NCBI GenBank assembly: GCA_963748015.1
Contig: CAVVHE010000004.1
Span: forward strand, 2,080,001 to 2,144,000
Length of the DNA: 64,000 bases
Reading direction: 5' to 3'
From: Terriglobia bacterium
Lineage (GTDB): Bacteria > Acidobacteriota > Polarisedimenticolia > Polarisedimenticolales > JAIQFR01
Shown: in pieces, positions 51,606 through 60,380 of the stretch
Layout of the letters: the number at the start of each line of letters is the position of its first letter
Position numbering within the stretch: position 1 is the stretch's first letter
Notes under the pieces: generated by a model
What the model was told of the DNA's origin: nothing
Databases searched by the model: none
The model's input: the letters and a program-made list of their open reading frames with translations, nothing else
Program-made: the position numbers and the translations under genes

Positions 51606-53819
51606 TCAGGGCGCCGGGACCAGCACAACCGCCGACAGCGGCGGGAGGGAGATGACCACGGACTGGTGCTGGCCGTGCATGGGGACCGGCTCGGTCCAGG
51701 CCTCCTCGAAATGGCCGTAGCCGCTCCCGCCGTACGCGGCGTCGTCCGTCGAGATCCGCGGGGCATAGCGGCCCGCCCACGGCGCCCCGATCCGGTATCC
51801 GTCGCGGGGCACCGGGGTGAGGTTGAGGATCACGAGGGCATGGCTCTCGCCGTCGCGGCGGACGTAGGACAACACGGAGCTCGCGGCGTCGTTGCAGTCG
51901 ATCCAGGCGAAGCCCCACGGGTCGGGATCCGAGCGCCAGAGGCAGGTCGTTCCGATGTAGAGCTTTCCGAGCTCCTCGACGAAGCGGCGGAACGCCCCCC
52001 GCATCGGGTCCCACTCGAGGTGCCAGTCGAGGCTCACGTCGTGGTTCCACTCGTTCCACGGCGCAAGCTCGGTCCCCATGAACAGCAGCTTCTTCCCCGG
52101 ACGCGTGTACTGGTAGGTGAGGAGCAGCCTCAGGTTCGCGAACTTCTGCCAGACGTCGCCGGGCATCTTGTCGAGCAGCGCGCGCTTGCCGTGCACCACC
52201 TCGTCGTGGGACAGCGGGTTCACGAACTGCTCCGTGTGCTCGTAGAGCATCGCGAAGGTCAGGTCGTTCTGGTGGAACCTGCGGTGGATCGGCTCCTTGC
52301 CGAAGTAGGTCAGGGTGTCGTGCATCCACCCCATGTTCCACTTGAACGTGAACCCGAGCCCGCCGTCCAGGACCGGCCGACTCACGCCTCCCCAGGCCGT
52401 GGACTCCTCGGCGATCGTGATGCACCCCGGCTGTTCGATCCGCACCGTCTCGTTCATCGTCTTGATGAACTCGAGGGCCTCGAGGTTCTCCCGCCCCCCA
52501 AAGCGGTTCGGAAGCCACTCCCCTTCCTTGCGGCTGTAGTCGAGGTAGAGCATCGAGGCGACCGCATCCACGCGGAGACCGTCCACGTGCATCTCGTCGA
52601 GCCAGTACAGCGCGTTGGCGATCAGGAAGTTCCGGACCTCGGTCCGGCCGTAGTTGAAGATCAGGGTCCCCCAGTCGGGATGCTCGCCGAGCCGAGGGTC
52701 CTCGTGCTCGTAGAGCGCGGTCCCGTCGAACCTCCGCAGCGCGAAGTCGTCCTTCGGGAAGTGCGCCGGGACCCAGTCCACCACGACGCCGATGCCGTTC
52801 CGGTGGCAGTGGTCCACGAAGAAGCGGAAGTCGTCCGGCGTGCCGAAGCGGGCCGTCGGCGCGTAGTAGGCGGAGACCTGGTATCCCCACGAGCCGGCGA
52901 ACGGGTGCTCCGCGACCGGCATCAGCTCGATGTGCGTGAAGCCGAGCCGCTTGACGTGGTCCACGAGCCGCGGCGCGAGCTCGCGGTAGGTCAGGAAGCG
53001 GCTCCCCTCCTCGGGAACGCGGGCCCAGGAGCCGAGGTGGACCTCGTAGAACGCCACCGGCTCCCTCCGCGCGTTCCGTGAGCGCCGGGCCTGCATCCAC
53101 TCCCCGTCCCCCCAGGCGTACGAGGACGCGAAGACGCGGGACGCGGTGCTCGGCGGGATCTCCATCGAGAAGGCGAACGGGTCGGACTTGAGCCGGAGCG
53201 CCCCGTCCTGCGTCTTGATCTCGAACTTGTAGAGCGTGCCGGACGCGATCCCCGGGACGAACAGCTCGAATACCCCCGAGCTGCCGAGGACCCGCATCGG
53301 GAGATGCCTGCCGTCCCAGCCGCAGAAGTCCCCCACGACGCTCACGCGCCTGGCACTCGGCGCCCACACCGCGAAGGCGACCCCGTCGACACCGTCGATC
53401 TTGCGGGGATGCGCTCCCATGCACTCCCACAGGCGCCGGTGGGTCCCCTCGTTGAACAGGTGGAGATCCACCTCGCCGAGCGTCGGCAGGAACCGGTAGG
53501 GGTCCTCGCGCTCCCAGCTCCCGCCGTCCTTGGACCAGAAGCGGATCCGGTAGCGGAACGGAAGGCGCGCGCCGGGCACGAACGCCGCGAACAGGCCGCC
53601 TTCCGCCGCGCGCGTCATGCCGACGCTCGATCCATCCTCGAACAGGCACTCGGCGCCGGCGGCTTCCGCGTGCATCACGCGGATCACGACACCCTCCTGG
53701 GCGCCGGCCGCCGCCGGGTGGGCGCCGAGGATGCGGTGAGGCTCGCTGTGGTCGCCGCCGAGGAGGCTCTCGGCCTCCGCCTCGCCGACCCTCAGGATGT
53801 CCAGGATGGCCTGCGTCAT
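51606..53819 (-). CDS. glgB: 1,4-alpha-glucan branching enzyme (GH13)
   Basis: YEVHLGSW, SWGYQ, DWVPAHF, DGLRVDAVASMLY, AEEST, KWNMGWMHD, LSHDEVVH. Confidence 0.96.
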   Translation of the reverse strand: MTQAILDILRVGEAEAESLLGGDHSEPHRILGAHPAAAGAQEGVVIRVMHAEAAGAECLFEDGSSVGMTRAAEGGLFAAFVPGARLPFRYRIRFWSKDGGSWEREDPYRFLPTLGEVDLHLFNEGTHRRLWECMGAHPRKIDGVDGVAFAVWAPSARRVSVVGDFCGWDGRHLPMRVLGSSGVFELFVPGIASGTLYKFEIKTQDGALRLKSDPFAFSMEIPPSTASRVFASSYAWGDGEWMQARRSRNARREPVAFYEVHLGSWARVPEEGSRFLTYRELAPRLVDHVKRLGFTHIELMPVAEHPFAGSWGYQVSAYYAPTARFGTPDDFRFFVDHCHRNGIGVVVDWVPAHFPKDDFALRRFDGTALYEHEDPRLGEHPDWGTLIFNYGRTEVRNFLIANALYWLDEMHVDGLRVDAVASMLYLDYSRKEGEWLPNRFGGRENLEALEFIKTMNETVRIEQPGCITIAEESTAWGGVSRPVLDGGLGFTFKWNMGWMHDTLTYFGKEPIHRRFHQNDLTFAMLYEHTEQFVNPLSHDEVVHGKRALLDKMPGDVWQKFANLRLLLTYQYTRPGKKLLFMGTELAPWNEWNHDVSLDWHLEWDPMRGAFRRFVEELGKLYIGTTCLWRSDPDPWGFAWIDCNDAASSVLSYVRRDGESHALVILNLTPVPRDGYRIGAPWAGRYAPRISTDDAAYGGSGYGHFEEAWTEPVPMHGQHQSVVISLPPLSAVVLVPAP

Positions 53820-53983
53820 GGTCGCTCCCGCCCCAGGCCGGGGAAGAACTCTCCGCAGCGCGGGAGCATAGGCGACCCCGGCGGCGCCCGCAAGCGCCGG
53901 CGCGCGGCGACCTTGGCTCCCCGCGAGGCCGCGTGCGATCATACCCCGGCGCGCCGCATCCGGTCGCGCGGACGGGAGGCGGC

Positions 53984-54463
53984 ATGGCCGAGCGCCTGGC
54001 GAAGGCGGACCGCTACGGGAGGATCCTCTCCCAGGCGGAGGAGCTGCTCGCGAACGTGAACGACCCCGTCGCGCGCATGAGCACCGTGGCCGCGCTCCTC
54101 CACCACAAGATGCCCGGCTTCTCCTGGACCGGCTTCTACCTCCTCGACGGGGAGGATCTCGTCGTCGGCCCCTATCAGGGGCTCGTCGCGTGCATCGCCC
54201 TGGAAAGGCACCGGGGAGTCTGCTGGGCGGGGGTCCTGCGAGGCGAAGCCGTGGTCGTTCCCGACGTGCACGCCTTCCCGGGACACATCGCCTGCGACAG
54301 CCGGTCGAGGTCCGAGATCGTCGTCCCGGTCCGGCGCCGCGACGGGAGCGTCGCGGGCGTCCTCGACGTGGACAGCACCCGCCCGGCCTGGTTCGACGAG
54401 ACGGACGCCGCGGGGCTCGCCCCGTTCGCGAACGTCGTTTTCGCAGGTCACGGAACGCGGTAA
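53984..54463 (+). CDS. msrC: GAF-fold free methionine-R-sulfoxide reductase-like protein
   Basis: WTGFY, GPYQGLVAC, GVC, VPDVHAFPGHIACD, SEIVVP, DVDS. Confidence 0.8.
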   Translation: MAERLAKADRYGRILSQAEELLANVNDPVARMSTVAALLHHKMPGFSWTGFYLLDGEDLVVGPYQGLVACIALERHRGVCWAGVLRGEAVVVPDVHAFPGHIACDSRSRSEIVVPVRRRDGSVAGVLDVDSTRPAWFDETDAAGLAPFANVVFAGHGTR

Positions 54464-54485
54464 GACGCGGGCGCGGGAGAGCGAG

Positions 54486-55139
54486 GTGGCCGTGAGCGGG
54501 TTCCTTTCGCGCTTCGGGAAGAGACTGAGGAGCCGCTCGATCTGGGCGTTCCTCGCGGGTGTGCTGGTGATGGTGATCGCGTGGGAAGTGCTGTCTCGCA
54601 CCCCCCTCGCCCTGCTGATCGGCAAGCCGCTCGTCCTTCCGAACGACGCGGGAGCGGCGGACGCGATCGTCGTCCTCGGCGCGGGGGTGAGCCGGGGCTG
54701 CGAGCCCGATTTCCATTCCATGCGCCGAACGATCCACGCGGTGAGGGCCTTCAAGAAAGGGAGAGCGCCGCTGGTCCTTTTCACCGGCGGGAAGGTACCC
54801 GACCGATCCTGCGCGATCGCCGACGTCATGGCCGGCCTCGCCCGCGAGCTCGGCGTGCCGCCGGAGAGCATCCTGGTCGACCGTGCCTCGACCACCACAT
54901 GGGAGAACGCGGTCGAGGCGTCGAGGATCCTCGGCCCACGCGGCATCCGGAAGGTGCTGCTCGTGTCCGACGCCATTCACATGCGGCGGGGCGAGGCGTG
55001 CATGCGCCGCTGCGGCTTCGAAGTCCTTCGCGACGCCATCCCCGCGGTGGATTCCTACCACGACGGGCCCGATCTGCTGAACGACACGCTCCACGAATAC
55101 GTGGGGTGGTGGTATTACCGGCTGAGAGGCCACTTCTGA
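54486..55139 (+). CDS. YdcF/ElyC (DUF218) family protein
   Basis: DAIVVLG, FTGG, STTTWENA, VSDAIHMRR, HEY. Confidence 0.85.
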   Translation: MAVSGFLSRFGKRLRSRSIWAFLAGVLVMVIAWEVLSRTPLALLIGKPLVLPNDAGAADAIVVLGAGVSRGCEPDFHSMRRTIHAVRAFKKGRAPLVLFTGGKVPDRSCAIADVMAGLARELGVPPESILVDRASTTTWENAVEASRILGPRGIRKVLLVSDAIHMRRGEACMRRCGFEVLRDAIPAVDSYHDGPDLLNDTLHEYVGWWYYRLRGHF

Positions 55140-55177
55140 GCAGGGGCGCCGGGCCGGTCCGGCGAGAAGGAGCCGCG

Positions 55178-56005
55178 ATGCGCGTCGCCCTCGTCCAGCA
55201 GGTCGCCCGTCCGTCGAGGCGGGAGAACGTGGACCGGGCCGTCCTGGCGATGAAGCGCGCGCGGTCGCTCGGCGCGGACCTCGCCGTCTTCGCCGAGCTG
55301 GCCGTGGACCGGTTCTTCCCGCAGACCGCGGGAGACGCGTCGGCCCGGGACCTCGCCGAGCCTATCCCCGGACCCACCTGCGACCGCATCGCCGCGGCGG
55401 CGCGCGAGCTGTCGCTCGTGACCATCTTCAACCTCTACGAGCGCGCGGACGATGGCCGGCGCTTCGACAGCTCCCCGGTCTTCGATGCCGACGGAAGCCT
55501 CCTCGGTATCACGCGCATGGTCCACATCGCCGAGCTGCCCGGCTTCCACGAGCAGGGGTACTACGCTCCAGGCGACCGCGGGGCCCCGGTTTACGACACC
55601 GCGGCCGGGCGCGTCGGCGTCGCGATCTGCTACGACCGGCACTACCCCGAGTACATGCGGGCGCTCGGTCTCGCCGGGGCCGAGATCGTCGCGATCCCGC
55701 AAGCGGGGGCCCTCGGCGAGTGGCCCGAGGGACTCTACGAGGCGGAGGTGCGCACCGCCGCGTTCCAGAACGGCTACTTCGTGGCTCTGTGCAACCGCGT
55801 CGGCGCCGAGGAGAAGCTCACCTTCGCCGGCGAGTCGTTCGTGGCGGACCCGGAGGGGCAGGTCATCGCCAGGGGGAAGCGCCTCGAGGAGGACCTGGTC
55901 GTCGTCGATCTCGACCTGTCGTCTTGTGCCCGATCCACCGCGCGGCGCATGTTCTGGCGGGACCGACGCCCCGAGCTGTACGGGGGCTGGCTCGGCGGGA
56001 AGTAG
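55178..56005 (+). CDS. Carbon-nitrogen hydrolase (N-carbamoylputrescine amidase-like)
   Basis: FAEL, VHI..PGFHEQGYY, ICYDRHYPE, NRVG. Confidence 0.85.
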   Translation: MRVALVQQVARPSRRENVDRAVLAMKRARSLGADLAVFAELAVDRFFPQTAGDASARDLAEPIPGPTCDRIAAAARELSLVTIFNLYERADDGRRFDSSPVFDADGSLLGITRMVHIAELPGFHEQGYYAPGDRGAPVYDTAAGRVGVAICYDRHYPEYMRALGLAGAEIVAIPQAGALGEWPEGLYEAEVRTAAFQNGYFVALCNRVGAEEKLTFAGESFVADPEGQVIARGKRLEEDLVVVDLDLSSCARSTARRMFWRDRRPELYGGWLGGK

Positions 56006-56018
56006 ACGTACGCCGCTC

Positions 56019-56174
56019 TTACGGGGTCCGCGGCTTCTCGTCGGTCGTGCAGGAGTTCGGGGTGTAGTAAACGGTCCCGCACCGGCTGCAAACGTACTGG
56101 CGTGTGTCGTTGATCACCGCGATCATGGCGTTGACCGTGCCGCACTCCGGGCACGCCATTCGTTCGACGAGCAT
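56019..56174 (-). CDS. Small zinc-ribbon protein (51 aa)
   Basis: CPEC...CSRC; GAGGAG RBS. Confidence 0.6.
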   Translation of the reverse strand: MLVERMACPECGTVNAMIAVINDTRQYVCSRCGTVYYTPNSCTTDEKPRTP

Positions 56175-56449
56175 GGCCCCCTCCTCGCTTCTGGAGCGAC
56201 CGTCCGATCCGGGATTATCCCACTCCGGAGAACCCCGGGAACCGTCATTCTCGCTCGCGGCCGCCTGGAGGGAATAGGCGACCGCCCCCCTGACCCTCGC
56301 CAGCCGCCCGGGCGACGGTGGGTCCGTCGGGTTCCCGGCCCCCATCGCAAAGAAAGGTCTACTTTCTCGACCGACCCTGGGTATCATTAGAGCAGCGGGT
56401 GCGGAGGGACGCTGCGCGGGGGCGCGGCCCGTAAGCACGGGGAACCGGT

Positions 56450-57544
56450 ATGAACGGCAACAAGAAGATCTGGCGGAGCGGGGTGATCGTGTCGGCGGTG
56501 CTCGCCGTGCTCGTGGCATCGGCGTGTGGCCGGGACACGGCGGGCCCGGCCCCGGCGACTCCGGCCACGTCCCCCGCCCTGCCCCGGGCCACCGCGGTGC
56601 GCGTCTGCCGGCCCGAGGCGGCTTCCCGCGATCTCTCCTTCCCCTCGAGCCTTTTCGTCGAAAACGACGTCCGCCTGGCCGCGAAACGCTCAGGGGTCAT
56701 CGACAAGGTCCTCGTGGATCGCGGCGCGAGGGTCCGCGCCGGCCAGCCGCTCGCGCTGCTCGAAACCGACGTCTCGGCCCCCGAGCTCGCCATGGCGGAG
56801 CACGAGCGGCGCCTCGCCGAAGCCGAATACAGGAGGTTGCAGCGGCTCCGGACCGAGGAGATCGTGTCGCCGCAGGACTTCGAGAGGGCCGAGATCGCGC
56901 GCGACCTCGCGGCGAGCAAGGTCGAGCTCCAGAAAGCCTGGCTCGAGCGCTGCACGGTTCGCGCGCCGTTCGACGGAACGATCGTCGAGCGCTGGGCGGT
57001 GCCGGGGCGCCGCGTTCAGGAAGAGGACGACACCCCGCTCTTCCGTGTCGTGTCGAGCGACTCGCTCCGCGCCAGGGTGGACGTGCCCGAGGAGCACCTC
57101 GCCGGGGTGCGCGAGGGCTCGACCGCCCGAGTCGAGCCGTCGGGTGGCCGGTCCGCCGTCCCGGCGCGGGTCGTCTTCGTCGCCCCCGCGGCCGATGCGG
57201 CGTCCGGCACCGTCCCCGTGATCGTGGAGATTTCCGCGCGCGAGGGGCTCAAGCCGGGAGCGGCCGTGCAGGTCCGCTTCGATGCGGGAGAGACCGCGCC
57301 GGCCACGCTGTTCCGCCTGCCCAGGGAGGCGGTGACGTCCTCCGCGACGGGATCCCGCGCCGAGGGGATCGTGTTCGTCGTCTCGGGCGGTAAGGCGCAG
57401 GCGCGGCGGGTGAAGGTGATCGAGACGAGCGCGGCCGCGACGCTCGTGGACGGGCCGCTCAGCGTGTCGGATGAAGTAGTCCTCGACCCGCCCGCGGGGC
57501 TGGCCGACGGCGCCCCCGCCGAGGTCTCGAGGACCGCGCCGTGA
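56450..57544 (+). CDS. Periplasmic adaptor / membrane fusion protein (RND/HlyD MFP), lipoprotein-like
   Basis: ASAC lipobox, VDRGARVRAGQPLA, helical hairpin, VRAPFDG, ARVDVPE, LKPG. Confidence 0.85.
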   Translation: MNGNKKIWRSGVIVSAVLAVLVASACGRDTAGPAPATPATSPALPRATAVRVCRPEAASRDLSFPSSLFVENDVRLAAKRSGVIDKVLVDRGARVRAGQPLALLETDVSAPELAMAEHERRLAEAEYRRLQRLRTEEIVSPQDFERAEIARDLAASKVELQKAWLERCTVRAPFDGTIVERWAVPGRRVQEEDDTPLFRVVSSDSLRARVDVPEEHLAGVREGSTARVEPSGGRSAVPARVVFVAPAADAASGTVPVIVEISAREGLKPGAAVQVRFDAGETAPATLFRLPREAVTSSATGSRAEGIVFVVSGGKAQARRVKVIETSAAATLVDGPLSVSDEVVLDPPAGLADGAPAEVSRTAP

Positions 57545-58248
57545 CGGGAGGTCGGCCGGACCCCTCGCCTCGAAAGAGGCGCGCTCCGGCCCCGTCGGAA
57601 GCCGGCACGAACCTGCTCGTGCACGAACTGAAGAACATCGCGGGACGGCTCGCGCTCCTCTGCCACAATCTCTCCGCCCACTTCGACGATCCGCTCTTCC
57701 GGGCTTCCGCCCTAGAGCTGCTGGACGACACGGCCCTCCACCTTCGCGGGCTCGCTGGCGAGCTGCGGGACCGCGAGGGACGACTGGTCGTGAAGCTGCG
57801 CGTCGATCTCGACGGGTTGCTGCAGGACGCGGTGGCGGAGCGCCTCCCGGATCTTCCGTCCCGCGTCCGACTGGTGGAAAGCTACGGCGGGCTGGCGCCG
57901 ATCTGGGGTGACGCGTTCCTCCTCCGCTCCGCGTTCGCGTGCGCCATCGAGAATGCGTTGGAGGCGATGGGTTCGGAAGGGTCTCTTACGGTCCGGACTC
58001 GAGCCGAGACGCGGCGTGGGCGGACGCGGTTCGCGGCGGAGATCGCCGACACCGGCCGCGGGATGAGCAAGGAGACGCTGCGGGCGTGCATGGGGAAGCC
58101 GTTCCAGAGCACCAAGAAAGACGGCCTCGGGCTGGGGATCTACACGATCCGCCAGGTCGCGGCCCTCCACGGCGCGACGGTCAGGATCGCGAGCGCGCCC
58201 GGGGCCGGGACGCGGGTGCGCTTCTCGTTCCCCGCCGACGAGGATTGA
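57541..58248 (+). CDS. Histidine kinase with only HisKA and HATPase domains (PrsK-like H-box)
   Basis: VHELKN, ENALEAM, DTGRGM, PFQSTK, GLGLG; no TM or sensor domain; GTGA-coupled to the MFP. Confidence 0.85.
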   Translation: MTGGRPDPSPRKRRAPAPSEAGTNLLVHELKNIAGRLALLCHNLSAHFDDPLFRASALELLDDTALHLRGLAGELRDREGRLVVKLRVDLDGLLQDAVAERLPDLPSRVRLVESYGGLAPIWGDAFLLRSAFACAIENALEAMGSEGSLTVRTRAETRRGRTRFAAEIADTGRGMSKETLRACMGKPFQSTKKDGLGLGIYTIRQVAALHGATVRIASAPGAGTRVRFSFPADED

Positions 58249-58252
58249 GACC

Positions 58253-59623
58253 TTGGGCCCCCGTCCCACCGTCCTCGTCGTGGACGACGACGGCCCGCTG
58301 GCCGAGCAGCTCCGCTGGGCCCTGAAGGACCGCTACGAAGTATCGTGGGCCGCGGACCGGCTCGACGGGCTCCGGGCGCTCGAGACCGTTCACCCCGACC
58401 TGGTCCTTCTCGACCTCTGCCTGCCGCCGGAGGGCACGCCGGAGGAGGGGTTCCGCGTTCTCCGGGCGGCAAGGGCGCGCGGCGACGACGTCGCGGTCGT
58501 CGTGATGTCCGGGGTCGAGGACCGCCAGGCCGCGCTGAGGGCGGTGGACGAGGGGGCGTACGACTTCTTCTCCAAGCCGGTGGACTTCGCCTCGCTCGAG
58601 GTCGTCGTCGCGAGGGCGATCGAGAAGCAGGCCCTCGCGCGCGAGAACCGGCGACTGCGAGAGACGCTCCGCGAGAGCTCCCGCATGGACGGGATCGTCG
58701 GCGGCAGCGAGGCGCTGCTGAGGGTGTTCGACGCGATCCGCCGGGTCGCCGACTCGCCGGTCACGGTGTTCCTCGAGGGCGAGAGCGGCACGGGAAAGGA
58801 ACTGGTCGCGCGGGCGATCCACTTCGGCGGAAGCCGGCGCGAGGAGCCGTTCGTCGCCGTCCACTGCGCGGCGCTTCCCGACACGCTGCTCGAGGCGGAG
58901 CTCTTCGGTCACGAGAAGGGAGCCTTCACGGGAGCCGTCGCGTCCCGGGTCGGGAGGTTCGAGGCGGCGAACGGAGGAACTCTCTTCCTCGACGAGATCG
59001 CGTGCCTGAACGCCACGACCCAGATCAAGCTCCTTCGCGTCCTGGAGCAACGCGCGGTGGAGAGGCTCGGCTCGAACCGTTCCTTTCCGGTCGACATCCG
59101 GCTGATCGTCGCGAGCAACGAGGACCTGCAGGCGAAGGTGGACAGTGGGGAATTCAGGAAGGACCTCTTCTTCCGCGTGCACGTCTTCCCCGTCCGGCTC
59201 CCTCCCCTGCGCGAACGGCGGGACGACATCCTGCCCCTGGCCGAGCACTTCTTGCGACGCACCTGCGAGGTGGGCGGGATGCCGGCGAAGCGATTCTCCC
59301 CGGCGGTCCGCTCGGCGCTTCGGTCGCGCGACTGGCCCGGCAACGTGCGCGAGCTGATGAACATGGTCGAGATGCTCGCGCTCGTCGCCGACGGCGAGGT
59401 GATCGAGCCGTCCGCCCTGCCGTACGAGTGGCAGGCGGGAGTCGGCGACCCCGTCCTGCAACGCGCCCGCGAGGCCGGGCTCCGGTCCGCGGTGGACGAG
59501 TTCGAGCGCCGCTTGCTGATCGAGGCGGTCGAGCGAGCCGGGGGCGTGAAGGCGCGTGCCGCTCGCGAGCTCAAGCTCAACCCGAGCCAGATGAAGTACC
59601 TCACCCGGAAACACCGGCTTTGA
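58253..59623 (+). CDS. Sigma54-dependent response regulator (REC-AAA+-HTH; NtrC/PrsR-like)
   Basis: VVDDD, LLDL, KP; GESGTGKE, GAFTGA, FLDEI, WPGNVREL, C-terminal HTH. Confidence 0.93.
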   Translation: MGPRPTVLVVDDDGPLAEQLRWALKDRYEVSWAADRLDGLRALETVHPDLVLLDLCLPPEGTPEEGFRVLRAARARGDDVAVVVMSGVEDRQAALRAVDEGAYDFFSKPVDFASLEVVVARAIEKQALARENRRLRETLRESSRMDGIVGGSEALLRVFDAIRRVADSPVTVFLEGESGTGKELVARAIHFGGSRREEPFVAVHCAALPDTLLEAELFGHEKGAFTGAVASRVGRFEAANGGTLFLDEIACLNATTQIKLLRVLEQRAVERLGSNRSFPVDIRLIVASNEDLQAKVDSGEFRKDLFFRVHVFPVRLPPLRERRDDILPLAEHFLRRTCEVGGMPAKRFSPAVRSALRSRDWPGNVRELMNMVEMLALVADGEVIEPSALPYEWQAGVGDPVLQRAREAGLRSAVDEFERRLLIEAVERAGGVKARAARELKLNPSQMKYLTRKHRL

Positions 59624-59696
59624 ACGAGGCGGTGACCGCGCGATGACTTTCCGCTCTCGCGCGGGAGCACCAAGAAAACGTCGCCCGCGCGCGCTG

Positions 59697-59737
59697 CGGT
59701 CTGATTTTTCGACCTCGCACGGTCTGCTTTTTCAACT
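59697..59737 (+). promoter_or_regulatory. Tandem candidate enhancer (UAS) sites CGGTCTG(A/C)TTTTTC(G/A)AC
   Basis: Two imperfect copies 23 bp apart (59697 and 59720); the first has a GGTC-N9-GACC dyad. Confidence 0.6.
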
Positions 59738-59780
59738 ACCGAAGGCCGGTCGCACGTTCGCCTCCGCGCATGTCGTTCGT

Positions 59781-59793
59781 TATCAATGGTTTG
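59781..59793 (+). promoter_or_regulatory. IHF binding site
   Basis: TATCAA-TGGT-TTG matches WATCAA-N4-TTR exactly and lies between the UAS and the promoter. Confidence 0.65.
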
Positions 59794-59818
59794 AGATCAC
59801 CGTCTTCGGCGCGATTCC

Positions 59819-59834
59819 TGGCAACGCCTTCGCA
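59819..59834 (+). promoter_or_regulatory. Sigma54 -24/-12 promoter
   Basis: TGGCAACGCCTTCGCA has GG-N10-GC spacing, about 60 bp upstream of the 59897 ATG. Confidence 0.75.
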
Positions 59835-59896
59835 ATGTGTCGGGGCGGTTGCTTCCGATCCGGCGTTGCCGGACCGACACAAGAGGAGGATGACAG

Positions 59897-60286
59897 ATGG
59901 CCAATCCGAAGAGCGTGACGATCAATCTAACCGCAAAGCAGCGTTCCCAGCTGCGCAATCTCACCGGCGAGGAGCACACGGAAATCAGGGTGGAAGACCC
60001 GAAGACCCCGCTTGCGGAGAGGACCTCCCCCGCGAAGCGAATCTCCCCGGCGAAGCGAGTCTCCCCCGCGAAGCGGGTCTCCCCGGCCAAGCGGGTCTCC
60101 CCGGCCAAGCGGGTTTCCCCGGCCAAGCGGGTCTCCCCGGCCAAGCGAGTCTCCCCCGCGAAGCGGGTCTCCCCGGCCAAGCGGGTCTCCCCGGCCAAGC
60201 GAGTCTCCCCCGCGAAGCGAGTCTCCCCCGCGAAGCGGGTCTCCCCGGCGAAGCGGGTCTCCCCGGCGAAGAAGTTCGGCCAGTAG
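59897..60286 (+). CDS. Repeat-peptide precursor-like protein: 45-aa leader + 13 x AKR(V/I)SP + AKKFGQ
   Basis: GAGGAGG RBS, own sigma54 promoter and terminator; repeat differences are almost all synonymous. Confidence 0.85.
   Translation: MANPKSVTINLTAKQRSQLRNLTGEEHTEIRVEDPKTPLAERTSPAKRISPAKRVSPAKRVSPAKRVSPAKRVSPAKRVSPAKRVSPAKRVSPAKRVSPAKRVSPAKRVSPAKRVSPAKRVSPAKKFGQ
60032..60265 (+). repeat. 13 tandem 18-bp repeats GC(G/C)AAGCG(G/A)(G/A)T(C/T)TCCCC(G/C)
   Basis: Read directly; no spacers. Confidence 0.95.
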
Positions 60287-60323
60287 GGCAAGGCAGGCCG
60301 CCAGGGACATCCCAGGCGAAGGG

Positions 60324-60361
60324 AAACGGGCCACGGGGAGGAATTCCCCGTGGCCCGTTTT
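60324..60361. terminator. Intrinsic, probably bidirectional terminator between the convergent precursor and peptidase genes
   Basis: AAACGGGCCACGGGGA-GGAAT-TCCCCGTGGCCCGTTTT. Confidence 0.8.
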
Positions 60362-60380
60362 GTATCGACCGCCTTCCCCG

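Noticed and set aside
60032..60265. 18-bp repeat array as a CRISPR array or non-coding VNTR
   Set aside because: It has no spacers and no cas genes nearby. The unit is a multiple of 3 with synonymous variation inside an ORF that has an RBS, promoter and terminator.
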